From Spirochaetota bacterium (GTDB taxonomy: Bacteria > Spirochaetota > UBA4802 > JAFGDQ01): a stretch of 64,000 bases of DNA. The stretch spans positions 171,840 to 235,839 of the forward strand of contig JAZDKB010000019.1 in NCBI GenBank assembly GCA_043803405.1, in the 5' to 3' direction. Under the pieces are notes generated by a model, which was not told the DNA's origin, did no database searches, and saw only the letters and a program-made list of their open reading frames with translations. How positions within the stretch are numbered: position 1 is the first letter of the stretch; each line of letters begins with the position of its first letter. The position numbers were made by a program, and so were the translations under genes. Shown one piece after another: positions 47,251-58,700 of this stretch.

Positions 47251-47614
47251 AATTATATCCTGAATTATAGTTTTTAAATAATTATAATTGCTGTTTACAG
47301 ATATGGATTTAATGCTTAATTTTTCTGCTGATTCTAAATATATTATACGGGCAATCATTAAAAAATATATTTATTTTGCCAGGATGTCAAGGGATTAATT
47401 GCATTTGAGTTTTAAGATCCTATAGTAATTAAAGATTGTTATTACGAAGGAGCGATAGCGCCGGGAAATCCTTAATTGGAATTAAGTTTTCAGATTTTTG
47501 ATATTTGCTCGAAATGACAGGCTCTGGATAATTAGTAAAATGCTATAATGGGTTGAAATAGAGTGATTTATAAAATATATTGACAAGAATAGAAAAAACA
47601 ATATCTAAACAATA

Positions 47615-48892
47615 ATGAAATTCATAGTAAAGCCATCAAGAATATCAGGAGAAGTAAATGTTCCTGGCTCTAAATCCCATACTATCAGGGCTTTAGTTCT
47701 GGCTTTGCTTGCAGACGGCGAATCCGTCATAAGGGAGCCGCTTGAGTCCGCAGATACGCACTCGTGCTTCAACATGGTAAAGAAGTTCGGCGCCGAAATT
47801 TATACGGAGAAAAATGTGTGGCGGGTTAAAGGCAGGGCAGGGGAGATTGCTGTTCCTGATGATATTGTAGACGTGGGAAACTCCGGCACTTCGCTGTACA
47901 TAGGGCTTGGGATTGCTTCTCTTGCTGACGGCTACACTGTGTTCACAGGAGACAGCCAGATAAGGAACAGGCCTGTGAATGCTCTTTTAACATCCATACC
48001 GGAACTTGGCGGCATGGCTTGTTCCACCAGGAACAACAACAAACCGCCTGTAGTTGTAAAGGGCAGGATTAAAGGCGGCAAAACAAGCGTGGAAGCAGTA
48101 ACATCACAGTATCTTTCATCTCTTCTTATAGCATGCCCGCTCGCTTCCGGCAATACAACTATCCATGTGCCGTTATTGAATGAAGTGCCATATATTGATA
48201 TGACATTAAAATGGATGGATAAACTCGGTATTAAATATCATAATAATAATTACAGGACATTCGAAATAAAAGGAAACCAGAAATATAATAATTTTGACGA
48301 ACATATCCCAGCCGATTTTTCCTCTGCCGCTTTTTTTCTTGTAGCAGCAGCGATTACAGGCACTGAACTTACATTGCATGGTCTTGACTTTAACGATACG
48401 CAGGGCGACAAGGAGGTAGTTAATATTTTAAAATCAATGGGAGCAGAAACGGAAATTGGTAAAAGCAGCATAACAATAAAAGGAAATATGCTTAAAGGCG
48501 GAACATTCGATCTGAATGCGATCCCAGATTCTCTTCCTTCGCTTGCTGTGGCAGGCTGCTTTGCACAAGGCGAGACAAGGCTGGTTAATGTGGCACAGGC
48601 AAGAGTGAAAGAAACAGACAGGATAAAGGTGATGTGCAGTGAACTAAAAAAAATGGGAGCCGATATCGAAGAGCTGCCCGACGGGCTAGTTATCAAAAAA
48701 AGCTCGCTGAAAGGAGCGCAGGTGAACGGCCACAATGATCACAGGGTGGTAATGTCCCTTGCTGTTGCGGGACTCATGGCGGACGGCCAGACTGAAATAG
48801 ATACTGCCGAATCTGCTGCTGTAACTTTTCCAGAATTTTTTTATTTAATGAAATCCGCAGGTGCTGACATTAAAATGATTGGGGACGAGTAG
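47615..48892 (+). CDS. aroA: 3-phosphoshikimate 1-carboxyvinyltransferase (EPSP synthase)
   Basis: 425 aa with the N-terminus PGSKSHTIRALVLALLADGES and the two-domain EPT fold length. Confidence 0.9.
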   Translation: MKFIVKPSRISGEVNVPGSKSHTIRALVLALLADGESVIREPLESADTHSCFNMVKKFGAEIYTEKNVWRVKGRAGEIAVPDDIVDVGNSGTSLYIGLGIASLADGYTVFTGDSQIRNRPVNALLTSIPELGGMACSTRNNNKPPVVVKGRIKGGKTSVEAVTSQYLSSLLIACPLASGNTTIHVPLLNEVPYIDMTLKWMDKLGIKYHNNNYRTFEIKGNQKYNNFDEHIPADFSSAAFFLVAAAITGTELTLHGLDFNDTQGDKEVVNILKSMGAETEIGKSSITIKGNMLKGGTFDLNAIPDSLPSLAVAGCFAQGETRLVNVAQARVKETDRIKVMCSELKKMGADIEELPDGLVIKKSSLKGAQVNGHNDHRVVMSLAVAGLMADGQTEIDTAESAAVTFPEFFYLMKSAGADIKMIGDE

Positions 48893-48969
48893 AAGTACAT
48901 CTAAGAGCGCATCTCAAACCTATATTCAGTTATTTTTTTTATCGGGGCAGGGATGTTTCATGCTGATTA

Positions 48970-49206
48970 TTTTAGTTGTAACACGGGTATGCTCCCAGCC
49001 CCCTAACCCCCTAAAGGGGGCATAATTGGAAAGGTGTTGAATTGACAATATTTATTTTTAGCGGTTAAAAGGTTTGAAGCAACGAATAAAGAGTAAAATA
49101 TCAGATAATATAATACATCTGATTAAAGATATAAGATATAATATGAATATTTTCCCGAATGTGCCCCCTCCAGGGGGTTAGGGGGCTGAAAGAGCAATGG
49201 CAATGT
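48970..49206. mobile_element. MITE-like non-autonomous repeat element, copy B
   Basis: About 93% identical to 21190-21426 over its full length, in the same orientation, and intergenic between aroA and the heptosyltransferase gene. TIRs gctcccagccccctaaccccctaaagggggcat / gtgccccctccagggggttagggggctgaaag. Confidence 0.6.
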
Positions 49207-49312
49207 AATATAAGTTCGATCGCCGAATGCAAATAAAATAGATGAACAGCCGGTACAGATAAACAATATAACTCTGCTGCGCCAATTTAACTTTAGATTC
49301 AACTTTATTTTA

Positions 49313-50422
49313 ATGCAAAACAATATAATAAAAAAAAAGCGTCTGCGGGTTTTATTAATAAGATTCAGCTCCATAGGTGACATCATACTTACAACTCCGG
49401 TCATAAGAGCTTTAAAAGAAAGTTATCCGGATTTGATACTGGATTATCTGACATTAAAAGAATATGCCATACTGCTTAAAGACAATCCTTATATAGATAA
49501 TCTTATCACAACTGACAGAAAGGGAACAGCAGGCGCTGTTAAAACAGCCTTGCAATTGAGGGGAAATAATTACGATTTTATTTTCGATCTGCACAGGAGT
49601 ACAAGGAGCCTTATCTTCAGGGCAATTTTAAAAGCAGATTATAAATATAAATTTAAAAAGAATTATATTAAACGATTCCTTCTGACAGCTTTTAAGCTGC
49701 GCTTTTACAGAAAGCCCTATTCAGTAGTGAACAGATATTTTAATACTCTTAAGAGATTGAATCTCCCGAACGAACATAAAAGTGAAATATGGTTAAACAC
49801 TGACGACGTCAAAAAAGCAATTCTAAAAATAAATAAAATTGCCGGTACAAAATTTTCCTTTATTGCCGCAGCAGGCGGGGCAGCTCCGGTCAGCAGGAAA
49901 CTTTTTCGCGAAAAAGAACGCAGAATGATTTCCATCATGCCGTTCGCGAAATGGAAAACAAAGGAATGGGGGGATGATAAGTTTATAGGGCTTGGGCTAA
50001 GATTAAAGAAAGCCGGGGTCATTCTATGCATTCTCGGCGGAACCGAAGATGCGGAAAGGGCGGACAAAATTGCACACGCGATCGGGAAGGGCGCGCTGTC
50101 CCTTGCGGGCAAACTCACGCTCGCTGAAACTGCAACAGCACTCGCTGTATCAGATTGCCTTGTAACTAACGACACAGGCGTTATGCATATAGGCGGTGCT
50201 GTTTCCATTCCTGTTGTTGCAGTGTTCGGTTCTACAGCAGAAGAGCTTGGTTTCTTTCCATATAAGTCCGAAGGCGAAGTTGTGCAAATCGATCTGAAAT
50301 GCCGGCCATGTACGGCCAAAGGTTTGCCCGCATGTCCAAAAAAGCATTTTAAATGCATGAATGATATTTCTGTCGATATGGTTTACTCAACTGTGAGAAA
50401 ATGTATAGGGACGTTGCTATAA
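49313..50422 (+). CDS. glycosyltransferase family 9 (LPS heptosyltransferase-like)
   Basis: N-terminus RVLLIRFSSIGDIILTTPVIRALK and C-terminus VTNDTGVMHIGGAVSIPVVAVFGST are typical of GT9 heptosyltransferases (WaaC/WaaF-like). The specific paralog is not assignable. Confidence 0.8.
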   Translation: MQNNIIKKKRLRVLLIRFSSIGDIILTTPVIRALKESYPDLILDYLTLKEYAILLKDNPYIDNLITTDRKGTAGAVKTALQLRGNNYDFIFDLHRSTRSLIFRAILKADYKYKFKKNYIKRFLLTAFKLRFYRKPYSVVNRYFNTLKRLNLPNEHKSEIWLNTDDVKKAILKINKIAGTKFSFIAAAGGAAPVSRKLFREKERRMISIMPFAKWKTKEWGDDKFIGLGLRLKKAGVILCILGGTEDAERADKIAHAIGKGALSLAGKLTLAETATALAVSDCLVTNDTGVMHIGGAVSIPVVAVFGSTAEELGFFPYKSEGEVVQIDLKCRPCTAKGLPACPKKHFKCMNDISVDMVYSTVRKCIGTLL

Positions 50423-50525
50423 AACAAAGGGATAATCTTTCAAATCAAAGGGAAAATGCTGCTAAAACAAACAAAAATGAATAATAATAATAAATTATGT
50501 ATTTTTTTGATCGCGGAGACAAATA

Positions 50526-51800
50526 ATGCTTTATGAATCTGTAATATTTATTGGATCAGTTATTGCGAGATTTATAGCTTTATTCGATAAAAAAATGGCC
50601 AGGTTTTTTTCGTTAAGGGAGAAAGAAACCGAAAGAATAGCGGATTATTTCAGCAGTTATCAAAATCAAAAAAATAAAGTAATATGGTTCCATGCTTCGT
50701 CTGCAGGCGAACTGGAGCAGGCAAAGCCGCTGATCGAACATTTTAAACGCACAATTAAGAAAGCACAGATTATCGCAAGTTTCTTTTCCCCTTCCGGATA
50801 TGATGCAGGGCTTAAATATAAACAGATTGATTTTTGTTTTAATCTGCCATTGGACTATACGAAAAATGCTGAAGCTTTACTGAACTGCATAAATCCGGAA
50901 ATCATTATATTTTCCAAATACGATGTCTGGACAAACCTGACTGTGGAAGCCAGGAGGCGCAATGTGAAGCTCGCGTTGATAAGCGCCACTTTGCCGGAAA
51001 AATCGCTAAGGCATAAGTTCCCGTTGAGTAGTTTTTTCAGTAAAGCCTACAGCGCTTTAGACAGAATATACGCTATATCCAAAGCAGACGCAGACAGGTT
51101 TTCAAAGATTGCTAAAAATAAACATAGCATTAAAATATCAGGGGATACCAGGTTCGACAGGATAAAGACCGTAATTGATAATGCGCAGGTAAATACAAAA
51201 AGCATAATAAAAAAACAGAAAGATATTGATTACCTGGTGGCAGGCAGTACTTACGAAGTATGCGAGAAAAAACTGATCGGCGTTTTAAAACAGTTAAACG
51301 AGAATTATAAAAATATCAGATTAATCCTTGTGCCGCACGAGATCGATGCCGGAAATATCCTGAGACTGAATAAACTGGTCAGCTCCTATGGCTATAATCC
51401 GGTAATGTATAGCAAAGCTGTTCATCCGGTGTTACTTAATGACAACGATGTTTTAATTATTGACGCTTTCGGAGTACTGGCTTTTCTTTACAGGGAGGCG
51501 GATATTGTATTTGTAGGCGGTTCGTATAAAGGCAGCGTCCACAGCGTTCTTGAGCCTGCTATATTCGGAAAAACAATTTTAACCGGGCCTTACATACAAA
51601 ACTCCTATGAAGCTTTGGAGTTGAACCTGGCCGGCGGGCTTCTGGTATGTAAAGATCAGGATGAATTATTTAAGCAGACATCTGATTTAATTCGTGATAA
51701 AAGTTACAGGAATAAAATAGCGCAAAAAGCAAAAATATTTTTTGAAAAAAATACTGGTGCAACTAATATTATACTAAAGGATATCAGAAAATTATTATAA
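50526..51800 (+). CDS. waaA: 3-deoxy-D-manno-octulosonic acid (Kdo) transferase
   Basis: 424 aa. N-terminal membrane anchor, IWFHASSAGELEQAKPLI and the GT30 fold length. Confidence 0.85.
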   Translation: MLYESVIFIGSVIARFIALFDKKMARFFSLREKETERIADYFSSYQNQKNKVIWFHASSAGELEQAKPLIEHFKRTIKKAQIIASFFSPSGYDAGLKYKQIDFCFNLPLDYTKNAEALLNCINPEIIIFSKYDVWTNLTVEARRRNVKLALISATLPEKSLRHKFPLSSFFSKAYSALDRIYAISKADADRFSKIAKNKHSIKISGDTRFDRIKTVIDNAQVNTKSIIKKQKDIDYLVAGSTYEVCEKKLIGVLKQLNENYKNIRLILVPHEIDAGNILRLNKLVSSYGYNPVMYSKAVHPVLLNDNDVLIIDAFGVLAFLYREADIVFVGGSYKGSVHSVLEPAIFGKTILTGPYIQNSYEALELNLAGGLLVCKDQDELFKQTSDLIRDKSYRNKIAQKAKIFFEKNTGATNIILKDIRKLL

Positions 51801-51862
51801 ATTAGCACTCATCTTAAAATTACAAATATAAATAGCTGAGTTGTAATAATATATTAAAATCT

Positions 51863-52618
51863 ATGGGGAAATCGGTAATGCCTCAATTTTTTATAAAATC
51901 ATCAAATCTTATTGAAAATAAATGTTTAATAGAAGGCGAGGACTTCCGCCATTTGCGCAAAGTCAGAAGAGTGAAGCCGGGAGATTTGATAGATCTAAGA
52001 ATCGACAACGGCCTGATTTGCAAAGGCAAAATTTGCACGGTTAATGCCGACTCTTTAACAGTTGAGATTTTGGAAACTAAAGAAGGCAACAGTGCCGGGC
52101 CTGATTTAAATTTAATACTTTATGCAAGTATATTAAAAGGCAAGGCTTTCGATTTTGCATTGCAGAAAGCAGTTGAGACAGGAGTCAGCAAAATTATCCC
52201 TGTGGTGACTGAGCGGACAATACCTGTTATAGAGAGAAACAGTAGCAGAAAAGCGCGGTGGGAAAAGATAGCCTCGGCTGCAGCCAAGCAATGTATGCGA
52301 AAGGATATCCCTGTTGTAGCAGACGTTATTACTTTCAGCGAAGCTGTGTCGAAAGACAGGTCTGGTACTAAAATTATCGCGCATCCTGAGCAGCGAAGTA
52401 TCGATATTAAACAATATTTTACTCAAAAAGAAAAAACAAAGGATGTTTCCTTGCTGATAGGCCCCGAAGGAGGTTTTACGGATAAGGAGGTTGATCTGGC
52501 AGAAGAAAACGGATGGAACAGCGTTATTTTCGGCTTTACATCGCTCAGGGCCGAAACAGCTTCAATAGTGTTTCCCGCAATTGTTATATATGAATGGAGC
52601 AGCGCAGGTGGACATTAA
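51863..52618 (+). CDS. rsmE: 16S rRNA (uracil1498-N3)-methyltransferase
   Basis: 251 aa. N-terminal PUA-like domain (GEDFRHLRKVRRVKPGDLI) and C-terminal SPOUT domain (LIGPEGGFTDKE). Confidence 0.85.
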   Translation: MGKSVMPQFFIKSSNLIENKCLIEGEDFRHLRKVRRVKPGDLIDLRIDNGLICKGKICTVNADSLTVEILETKEGNSAGPDLNLILYASILKGKAFDFALQKAVETGVSKIIPVVTERTIPVIERNSSRKARWEKIASAAAKQCMRKDIPVVADVITFSEAVSKDRSGTKIIAHPEQRSIDIKQYFTQKEKTKDVSLLIGPEGGFTDKEVDLAEENGWNSVIFGFTSLRAETASIVFPAIVIYEWSSAGGH

Positions 52619-52811
52619 AGTTAACGGCAGAAATATATATATACAATCTGAGACCCTATCGATTAATTACCTTTTAAGGCATTTAAAAATAAAGTCAGCA
52701 ATGGTTGTAATCGAAAAGAACGGTGTTTTAATCGATAAGGATAATTATGATACTGAACATGTAACCGACGGCGACGTTGTTGAAATAGTACAGTTCGTAG
52801 GCGGAGGATAA
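52581..52811 (+). CDS. thiS: sulfur carrier protein ThiS
   Basis: Small ubiquitin-like ORF ending in GG (VVEIVQFVGGG). It lies upstream of thiE. The exact start is ambiguous and overlaps the rsmE end. Confidence 0.65.
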   Translation: MLYMNGAAQVDIKVNGRNIYIQSETLSINYLLRHLKIKSAMVVIEKNGVLIDKDNYDTEHVTDGDVVEIVQFVGGG

Positions 52812-52818
52812 AGCATAA

Positions 52819-53865
52819 ATGGACTCAAGGATATATGCGGCAATAGATGCGAACATAAACAGATCGCTCGAAGGAATAAGAGTATGCGAAGACATATTCC
52901 GATTTGTCGCGCGTAATAAAGTATTATCAGTTAAGCTGAAGGATATCCGGCACAATATAGCAGATGCAATAAAAGCATTTTCATATAAAGGCCTCCTGAG
53001 TAGCAGGGACGTAGATAACGATTCCCAGAAGTTTGTTGATTTAGACAGCGAAAAGAAAAGAGACAATCTTCAGGATATACTGAAAAGTAATTTGCACAGG
53101 GCAATGGAAGCGATGAGATCCGTCGAGGAGTTCTATAAGCTGCTGCACGCAAAATCAGATGAAAATCCTTTTCAGAAAATCAGGTTTTCTCTTTATTCGA
53201 TTGAAAAAGAATTAATCTCTTGTTTAATAAGAAACGGAAAACATAAAAAATTTAAAAATTCGTTATATGCTATTCTTGATTCTTCTTTTGTAAAGAATGA
53301 AGAATATTTAAACGCAGCTCAAAGACTTATCAAAGGCGGAGCATCAATAATACAGCTTCGAATGAAAAATCATTCGCAAGGAAAAATACTGGAAGTTGCA
53401 AAAGAAATATCCGGTCTTTGCAAAGAAAACAATGTATTGCTTATTATTAATGACTATCCGGACATTGCATATCTATCCGGTGCGGACGGTGTGCATCTTG
53501 GGCAGGATGACCTGCCGGTTATAGAGGTAAGGCGTCTTTTCCCAATGGATATGATTATCGGGATCTCGACCCATTCCAGAGAGCAGGCTGTTGTTGCCGC
53601 AAGGTGCGAACCGGATTACATTGCCATCGGGCCGGTGTATAACACAAAGACTAAAAATAATCAAAATATTAACGGGATAGGGGAGGATGTTGTCAGGGAA
53701 GTTTCAGGAGGCACTGATATTCCTGTCGTTGCTATCGGCGGCCTTAACCCGGAAAGGATCGGTATATTGAAAACGCTCAGATGCGGATGTTATGCAGTTG
53801 TTTCGTATTTGTATAAAGATGATAAAATTGAAGATAATTGCAGGGGAATAACGGGGATACTTTAA
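52819..53865 (+). CDS. thiE: thiamine-phosphate synthase with N-terminal extension
   Basis: The C-terminal ~210 aa match ThiE (IIQLRMKN..., GADGVHLGQDD, IGISTHS, IAIGPVYNTKTK). The N-terminal ~130 aa are an extra domain of unclear identity. Confidence 0.8.
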   Translation: MDSRIYAAIDANINRSLEGIRVCEDIFRFVARNKVLSVKLKDIRHNIADAIKAFSYKGLLSSRDVDNDSQKFVDLDSEKKRDNLQDILKSNLHRAMEAMRSVEEFYKLLHAKSDENPFQKIRFSLYSIEKELISCLIRNGKHKKFKNSLYAILDSSFVKNEEYLNAAQRLIKGGASIIQLRMKNHSQGKILEVAKEISGLCKENNVLLIINDYPDIAYLSGADGVHLGQDDLPVIEVRRLFPMDMIIGISTHSREQAVVAARCEPDYIAIGPVYNTKTKNNQNINGIGEDVVREVSGGTDIPVVAIGGLNPERIGILKTLRCGCYAVVSYLYKDDKIEDNCRGITGIL

Positions 53866-53981
53866 GCGGTATTTTTTTATTGACAGAAGGATTTAAATTA
53901 TAACTACTTTTTGTAAATTAAAGCATTTATTGTAACATGCGTTTTAAATATGAAAGATATATTTGTTAAATAGGATAAATT

Positions 53982-54692
53982 ATGACACTTGTCTGGATAC
54001 CGAATTCATTAACTCTGGGGAATCTGCTTTTTGGATTTATCTCGCTTATATTTTCAAGTCTGGGCACTCAACAGGGATATTTCATAGCCGGTTTTTTAAT
54101 TCTTGCTGCAGGTCTTTTAGACGGGCTTGACGGCCCGGCCGCCAGAGCGCTGAAAGTCTCAAGCCCGCTGGGCAAAGAGCTCGACTCCCTGGCGGATTGT
54201 GTTGCATTCGGCATAGCCCCGGGTTTTTTAAGTTATAATTCATATCTTACCGGAATCCATAATTCTTTCTTTAGCTTTCCGATAGATTTAGGTATGCTTA
54301 TAGCCGCAGTATTTCCGGTTTGCGCTGCTTACAGGCTCGCAAGGTTTAATATATTATCCGATTCAAGTTCATTTGTAGGTCTTCCGGCACCTGCAGCAGG
54401 AATAATTATAGCGCTTTTCCATGTATATAATATCGAGATGCCCAAATTGTTGTTTGCCGTGATTTTTATCGCATTAGGGCTATTGATGGTATCCACTGTC
54501 AGGTATTCCAAGCCGAAATCCTCATATATATTTGAGAATATTCACGGCATTAAATTAATAATATTTGCCGTCATCATCATTCTTATTGTTATCTTCTTTA
54601 AAAAATGGACTGTTTTTATTTTTATATCTTTTTATATACTATCCGGCCTTTTAAGTTTTGTTATCCAGTTTATCCAGGAACATAAATACTGA
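53982..54692 (+). CDS. pssA: CDP-diacylglycerol--serine O-phosphatidyltransferase (CDP-alcohol phosphatidyltransferase family)
   Basis: The motif DGLDGPAARALKVSSPLGKELDSLADCVAFGIAP is the D-G-x2-A-R-x8-G-x3-D-x3-D signature. 236 aa, multi-TM. Confidence 0.8.
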   Translation: MTLVWIPNSLTLGNLLFGFISLIFSSLGTQQGYFIAGFLILAAGLLDGLDGPAARALKVSSPLGKELDSLADCVAFGIAPGFLSYNSYLTGIHNSFFSFPIDLGMLIAAVFPVCAAYRLARFNILSDSSSFVGLPAPAAGIIIALFHVYNIEMPKLLFAVIFIALGLLMVSTVRYSKPKSSYIFENIHGIKLIIFAVIIILIVIFFKKWTVFIFISFYILSGLLSFVIQFIQEHKY

Positions 54693-54739
54693 TTTAATAA
54701 CTTTTAAAATATTTACTGCGTATCGTTTAAAATAAACCC

Positions 54740-55213
54740 ATGAATAAATTTTCGCATTACTCAGATGACGGATCGTCCAGAATGGTCGATATAAGCGGCA
54801 AAAAAGTTACGCTTAGAACAGCGAAGGCCTCCGCTTTTGTTAAAATGCAGCCGGCCACCCTGGACTTAATAGAAAACAAACTGATTCCCAAAGGCAATGT
54901 TTTTGAAGTAGCAAAAATTGCCGGTATAATAGCCGCAAAGAAAACTTCTGAACTCATTCCGATGTGCCATCCGCTATTGCTTTCGCATGTTGATGTAAAA
55001 ATCTCTCTGGATAGAAAAAAAGAAGGGGTGATGTTGGAATCTGAAATAAAACTGGAAGGTAAAACAGGAGTCGAAATGGAAGCGTTAACAGCGGTCTCGG
55101 TTGCCGCATTAACAATTTATGATATGTGTAAAGCAGTAGATAAAAATATGGTAATAGAAAATATTAAACTTATTGAAAAAAAAGGAGGAAAATCTGATTT
55201 TATAATTAAGTAA
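54740..55213 (+). CDS. moaC: cyclic pyranopterin monophosphate synthase
   Basis: 157 aa with conserved MVDISGK..., IPMCHPL and the MoaC fold. Confidence 0.9.
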   Translation: MNKFSHYSDDGSSRMVDISGKKVTLRTAKASAFVKMQPATLDLIENKLIPKGNVFEVAKIAGIIAAKKTSELIPMCHPLLLSHVDVKISLDRKKEGVMLESEIKLEGKTGVEMEALTAVSVAALTIYDMCKAVDKNMVIENIKLIEKKGGKSDFIIK

Positions 55214-55322
55214 CCGCAAAAATTACAAAAATAAAAAAATTTTATTGTTGTAATTTTTAATCATATTTGATAATAAACGCCCATAATTTAATAATATTAT
55301 TTATAAACAGCTTCTATCGAAT

Positions 55323-55351
55323 TTGCGAAATTATAATATATAATATAAAAT
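55323..55351 (+). promoter_or_regulatory. candidate sigma70 promoter immediately upstream of CIRCE (TTGCGA-N15/17-TATAAA/TAAAAT)
   Basis: The -35-like hexamer and several overlapping -10-like hexamers lie in very AT-rich DNA. The position relative to CIRCE is classical, but the exact -10 is ambiguous. Confidence 0.3.
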
Positions 55352-55357
55352 TAATTG

Positions 55358-55383
55358 TTAGCACTCAACAAGATGAGTGCTAA
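55358..55383. promoter_or_regulatory. CIRCE operator (HrcA binding site) TTAGCACTC-N8-GAGTGCTAA
   Basis: Perfect 9-bp inverted-repeat arms identical to the CIRCE consensus, about 220 bp upstream of groES. By my count the spacer is 8 nt rather than the canonical 9. Confidence 0.75.
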
Positions 55384-55605
55384 CAAAACTAATCGCAATG
55401 CTTCTCAAATATTTAATATAAAGTTAAATCTTACAAATTAGCTGGTTATTCCTGCTTACAGCTAGGATAACTGCAAGTCACCTGCTATATATTGAGAAGT
55501 TACGAAAAACTTTTGTTTAAAATAAAACTAATTAAAATATTTTATATTACTTAAACAAAGTAAAATAATATAAAAATTACAAAATAAAAATTAAGGAGGA
55601 CCAAC

Positions 55606-55890
55606 GTGGCTATTAAACCATTAGGTGATCGTGTATTAATTGAGGTTCTTGAAGACGAACTTCAGAAACAAGGTGGCCTGTATATACCCGATACAGCGAA
55701 GGAAAAGCCCCAGGAAGGCAAAGTAAAAGCTATTGGAAAAGGCAGATATGAAGACGGTAAACTTGTTCCATTAGATGTGAAGGTTGGAGACAAAGTTCTT
55801 TATGGAAAATACTCCGGTACTGAAATAAAACATGATGGCAAAGAGTATTTAATCGTCAGAGAAAGCGATATATTAGCAGTAATTGACTAA
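55606..55890 (+). CDS. groES: co-chaperonin GroES
   Basis: 94 aa, [11 protein letters not shown]...GKV... Strong aaggagg SD. Confidence 0.95.
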   Translation: MAIKPLGDRVLIEVLEDELQKQGGLYIPDTAKEKPQEGKVKAIGKGRYEDGKLVPLDVKVGDKVLYGKYSGTEIKHDGKEYLIVRESDILAVID

Positions 55891-55896
55891 AAATAA

Positions 55897-57555
<1,659 letters not shown>

Positions 57556-57593
57556 ATAGCCGTGATATAAAGAATTAAAAATTCGAAATTAAA

Positions 57594-57628
57594 TAAAAAA
57601 GGGGCATTTAAGTGCCCCTTTTTTATTT
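57594..57628. terminator. bidirectional Rho-independent terminator (aaaaaa-ggggca-tttaag-tgcccc-ttttttattt)
   Basis: A GC stem of 6 bp with a 6-nt loop, flanked by an A-run and a T-run. It lies between convergent groEL (+) and the GT2 gene (-). Confidence 0.8.
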
Positions 57629-57644
57629 GTATTAAAATGATAAA

Positions 57645-58604
57645 TTAAATATTAATCGTTTCCCTGATTTTATATGGAGCCTCGTTCCTTGTTTCATGAT
57701 ATACTCTCGTTAGCAATTCCGCAAGAATCCCCAGTAAAAAGAACATCACGCTCAGGATAATGAGCATTACAGTTAACAGCAAAAGAGGATTGCGTATCAT
57801 TGACTGATCCTGCGCTATTTTCATTGCAATTACACTGACCCCGCTTATGCTGCTTGAAAAGAGCAGAAAAATTCCTATGCCCCCGAAAAAATAAATCGGT
57901 TTAGTGGAATACGATCCCAGAAATTTTATAGTTATCAAATCCAAAAGGACTTTAAATGTCCTGATTAAACCATATTTTGACTTTCCGAATTTCCTGGCAT
58001 GATGTTTTACCGGGATTTCCGTAATCTTGGCTCCTAACCACGATGCGTGGACGGGAATGAATCTGTGCATTTCTCCGTAAAGTTTTACCTGTCGGAGCAG
58101 GTCCCCTCTGTATGCCTGTGAAGACCCGATATCGTGTATATGCACTTTGCTGACCCTTGAGATTATCCAGTTTGCTATTTTTGAAACAAGTTTACGGGAA
58201 AATAATTTATCTTGTCTGTCTTTTCTCCAACCGCTTACAACATCATATCCTTCTTCTATTTTATTTGTCAGTTTTTTTATATCCTCAGCGTCGTTCTGGA
58301 GGTCGGAGTCCATAATTATTATTATCTGACCGCATGAGTTATCTATTCCGGCTGCAAGGGCGGCGGTTTGGCCGAAATTTCTTCTGAATCTGATTATTTT
58401 AACATTTTTATTTTTTTTGGCAATTTTACTCAGGAGATCAAATGATGTGTCAGTACTGCCGTCATCAACAAAGATTATTTCATAAGTCTTTTTTAGCGGC
58501 ACTATCGATTTTAATATATCCTCATATTGCAATGAAATATTTTCTTCTTCATTGAAAACTGGCAGTACAATGGAAAGATACGTATTTTTATTTTTTTTTC
58601 TCAT
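57645..58604 (-). CDS. glycosyltransferase family 2, polyprenyl-phosphate sugar transferase type (GtrB/ArnC/DPM1-like)
   Basis: N-terminal GT-A domain (LSIVLPVFNEEENI, FVDDGSTDTS, DSDLQND) plus two C-terminal TM helices. Confidence 0.85.
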   Translation of the reverse strand: MRKKNKNTYLSIVLPVFNEEENISLQYEDILKSIVPLKKTYEIIFVDDGSTDTSFDLLSKIAKKNKNVKIIRFRRNFGQTAALAAGIDNSCGQIIIIMDSDLQNDAEDIKKLTNKIEEGYDVVSGWRKDRQDKLFSRKLVSKIANWIISRVSKVHIHDIGSSQAYRGDLLRQVKLYGEMHRFIPVHASWLGAKITEIPVKHHARKFGKSKYGLIRTFKVLLDLITIKFLGSYSTKPIYFFGGIGIFLLFSSSISGVSVIAMKIAQDQSMIRNPLLLLTVMLIILSVMFFLLGILAELLTRVYHETRNEAPYKIRETINI

Positions 58605-58700
58605 ATTTACTTTGCTGATGGTTTAATTTTTAATAAACTATAAAATTTATAATAATTTAAAACTATTTGCTCCCGAGAACAATCGTGGAAAATATTATCT

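Noticed and set aside
49717-50358. 213-aa minus-strand ORF inside the GT9 heptosyltransferase gene
   Set aside because: It is antisense to a well-supported gene and has no motif.
52581-52620. TPP riboswitch expected upstream of thiS-thiE
   Set aside because: thiS starts within or overlapping the rsmE 3' end with no leader space. No CUGAGA...GGG THI-box-like sequence was seen, so the thi genes appear to be read through from the upstream operon.
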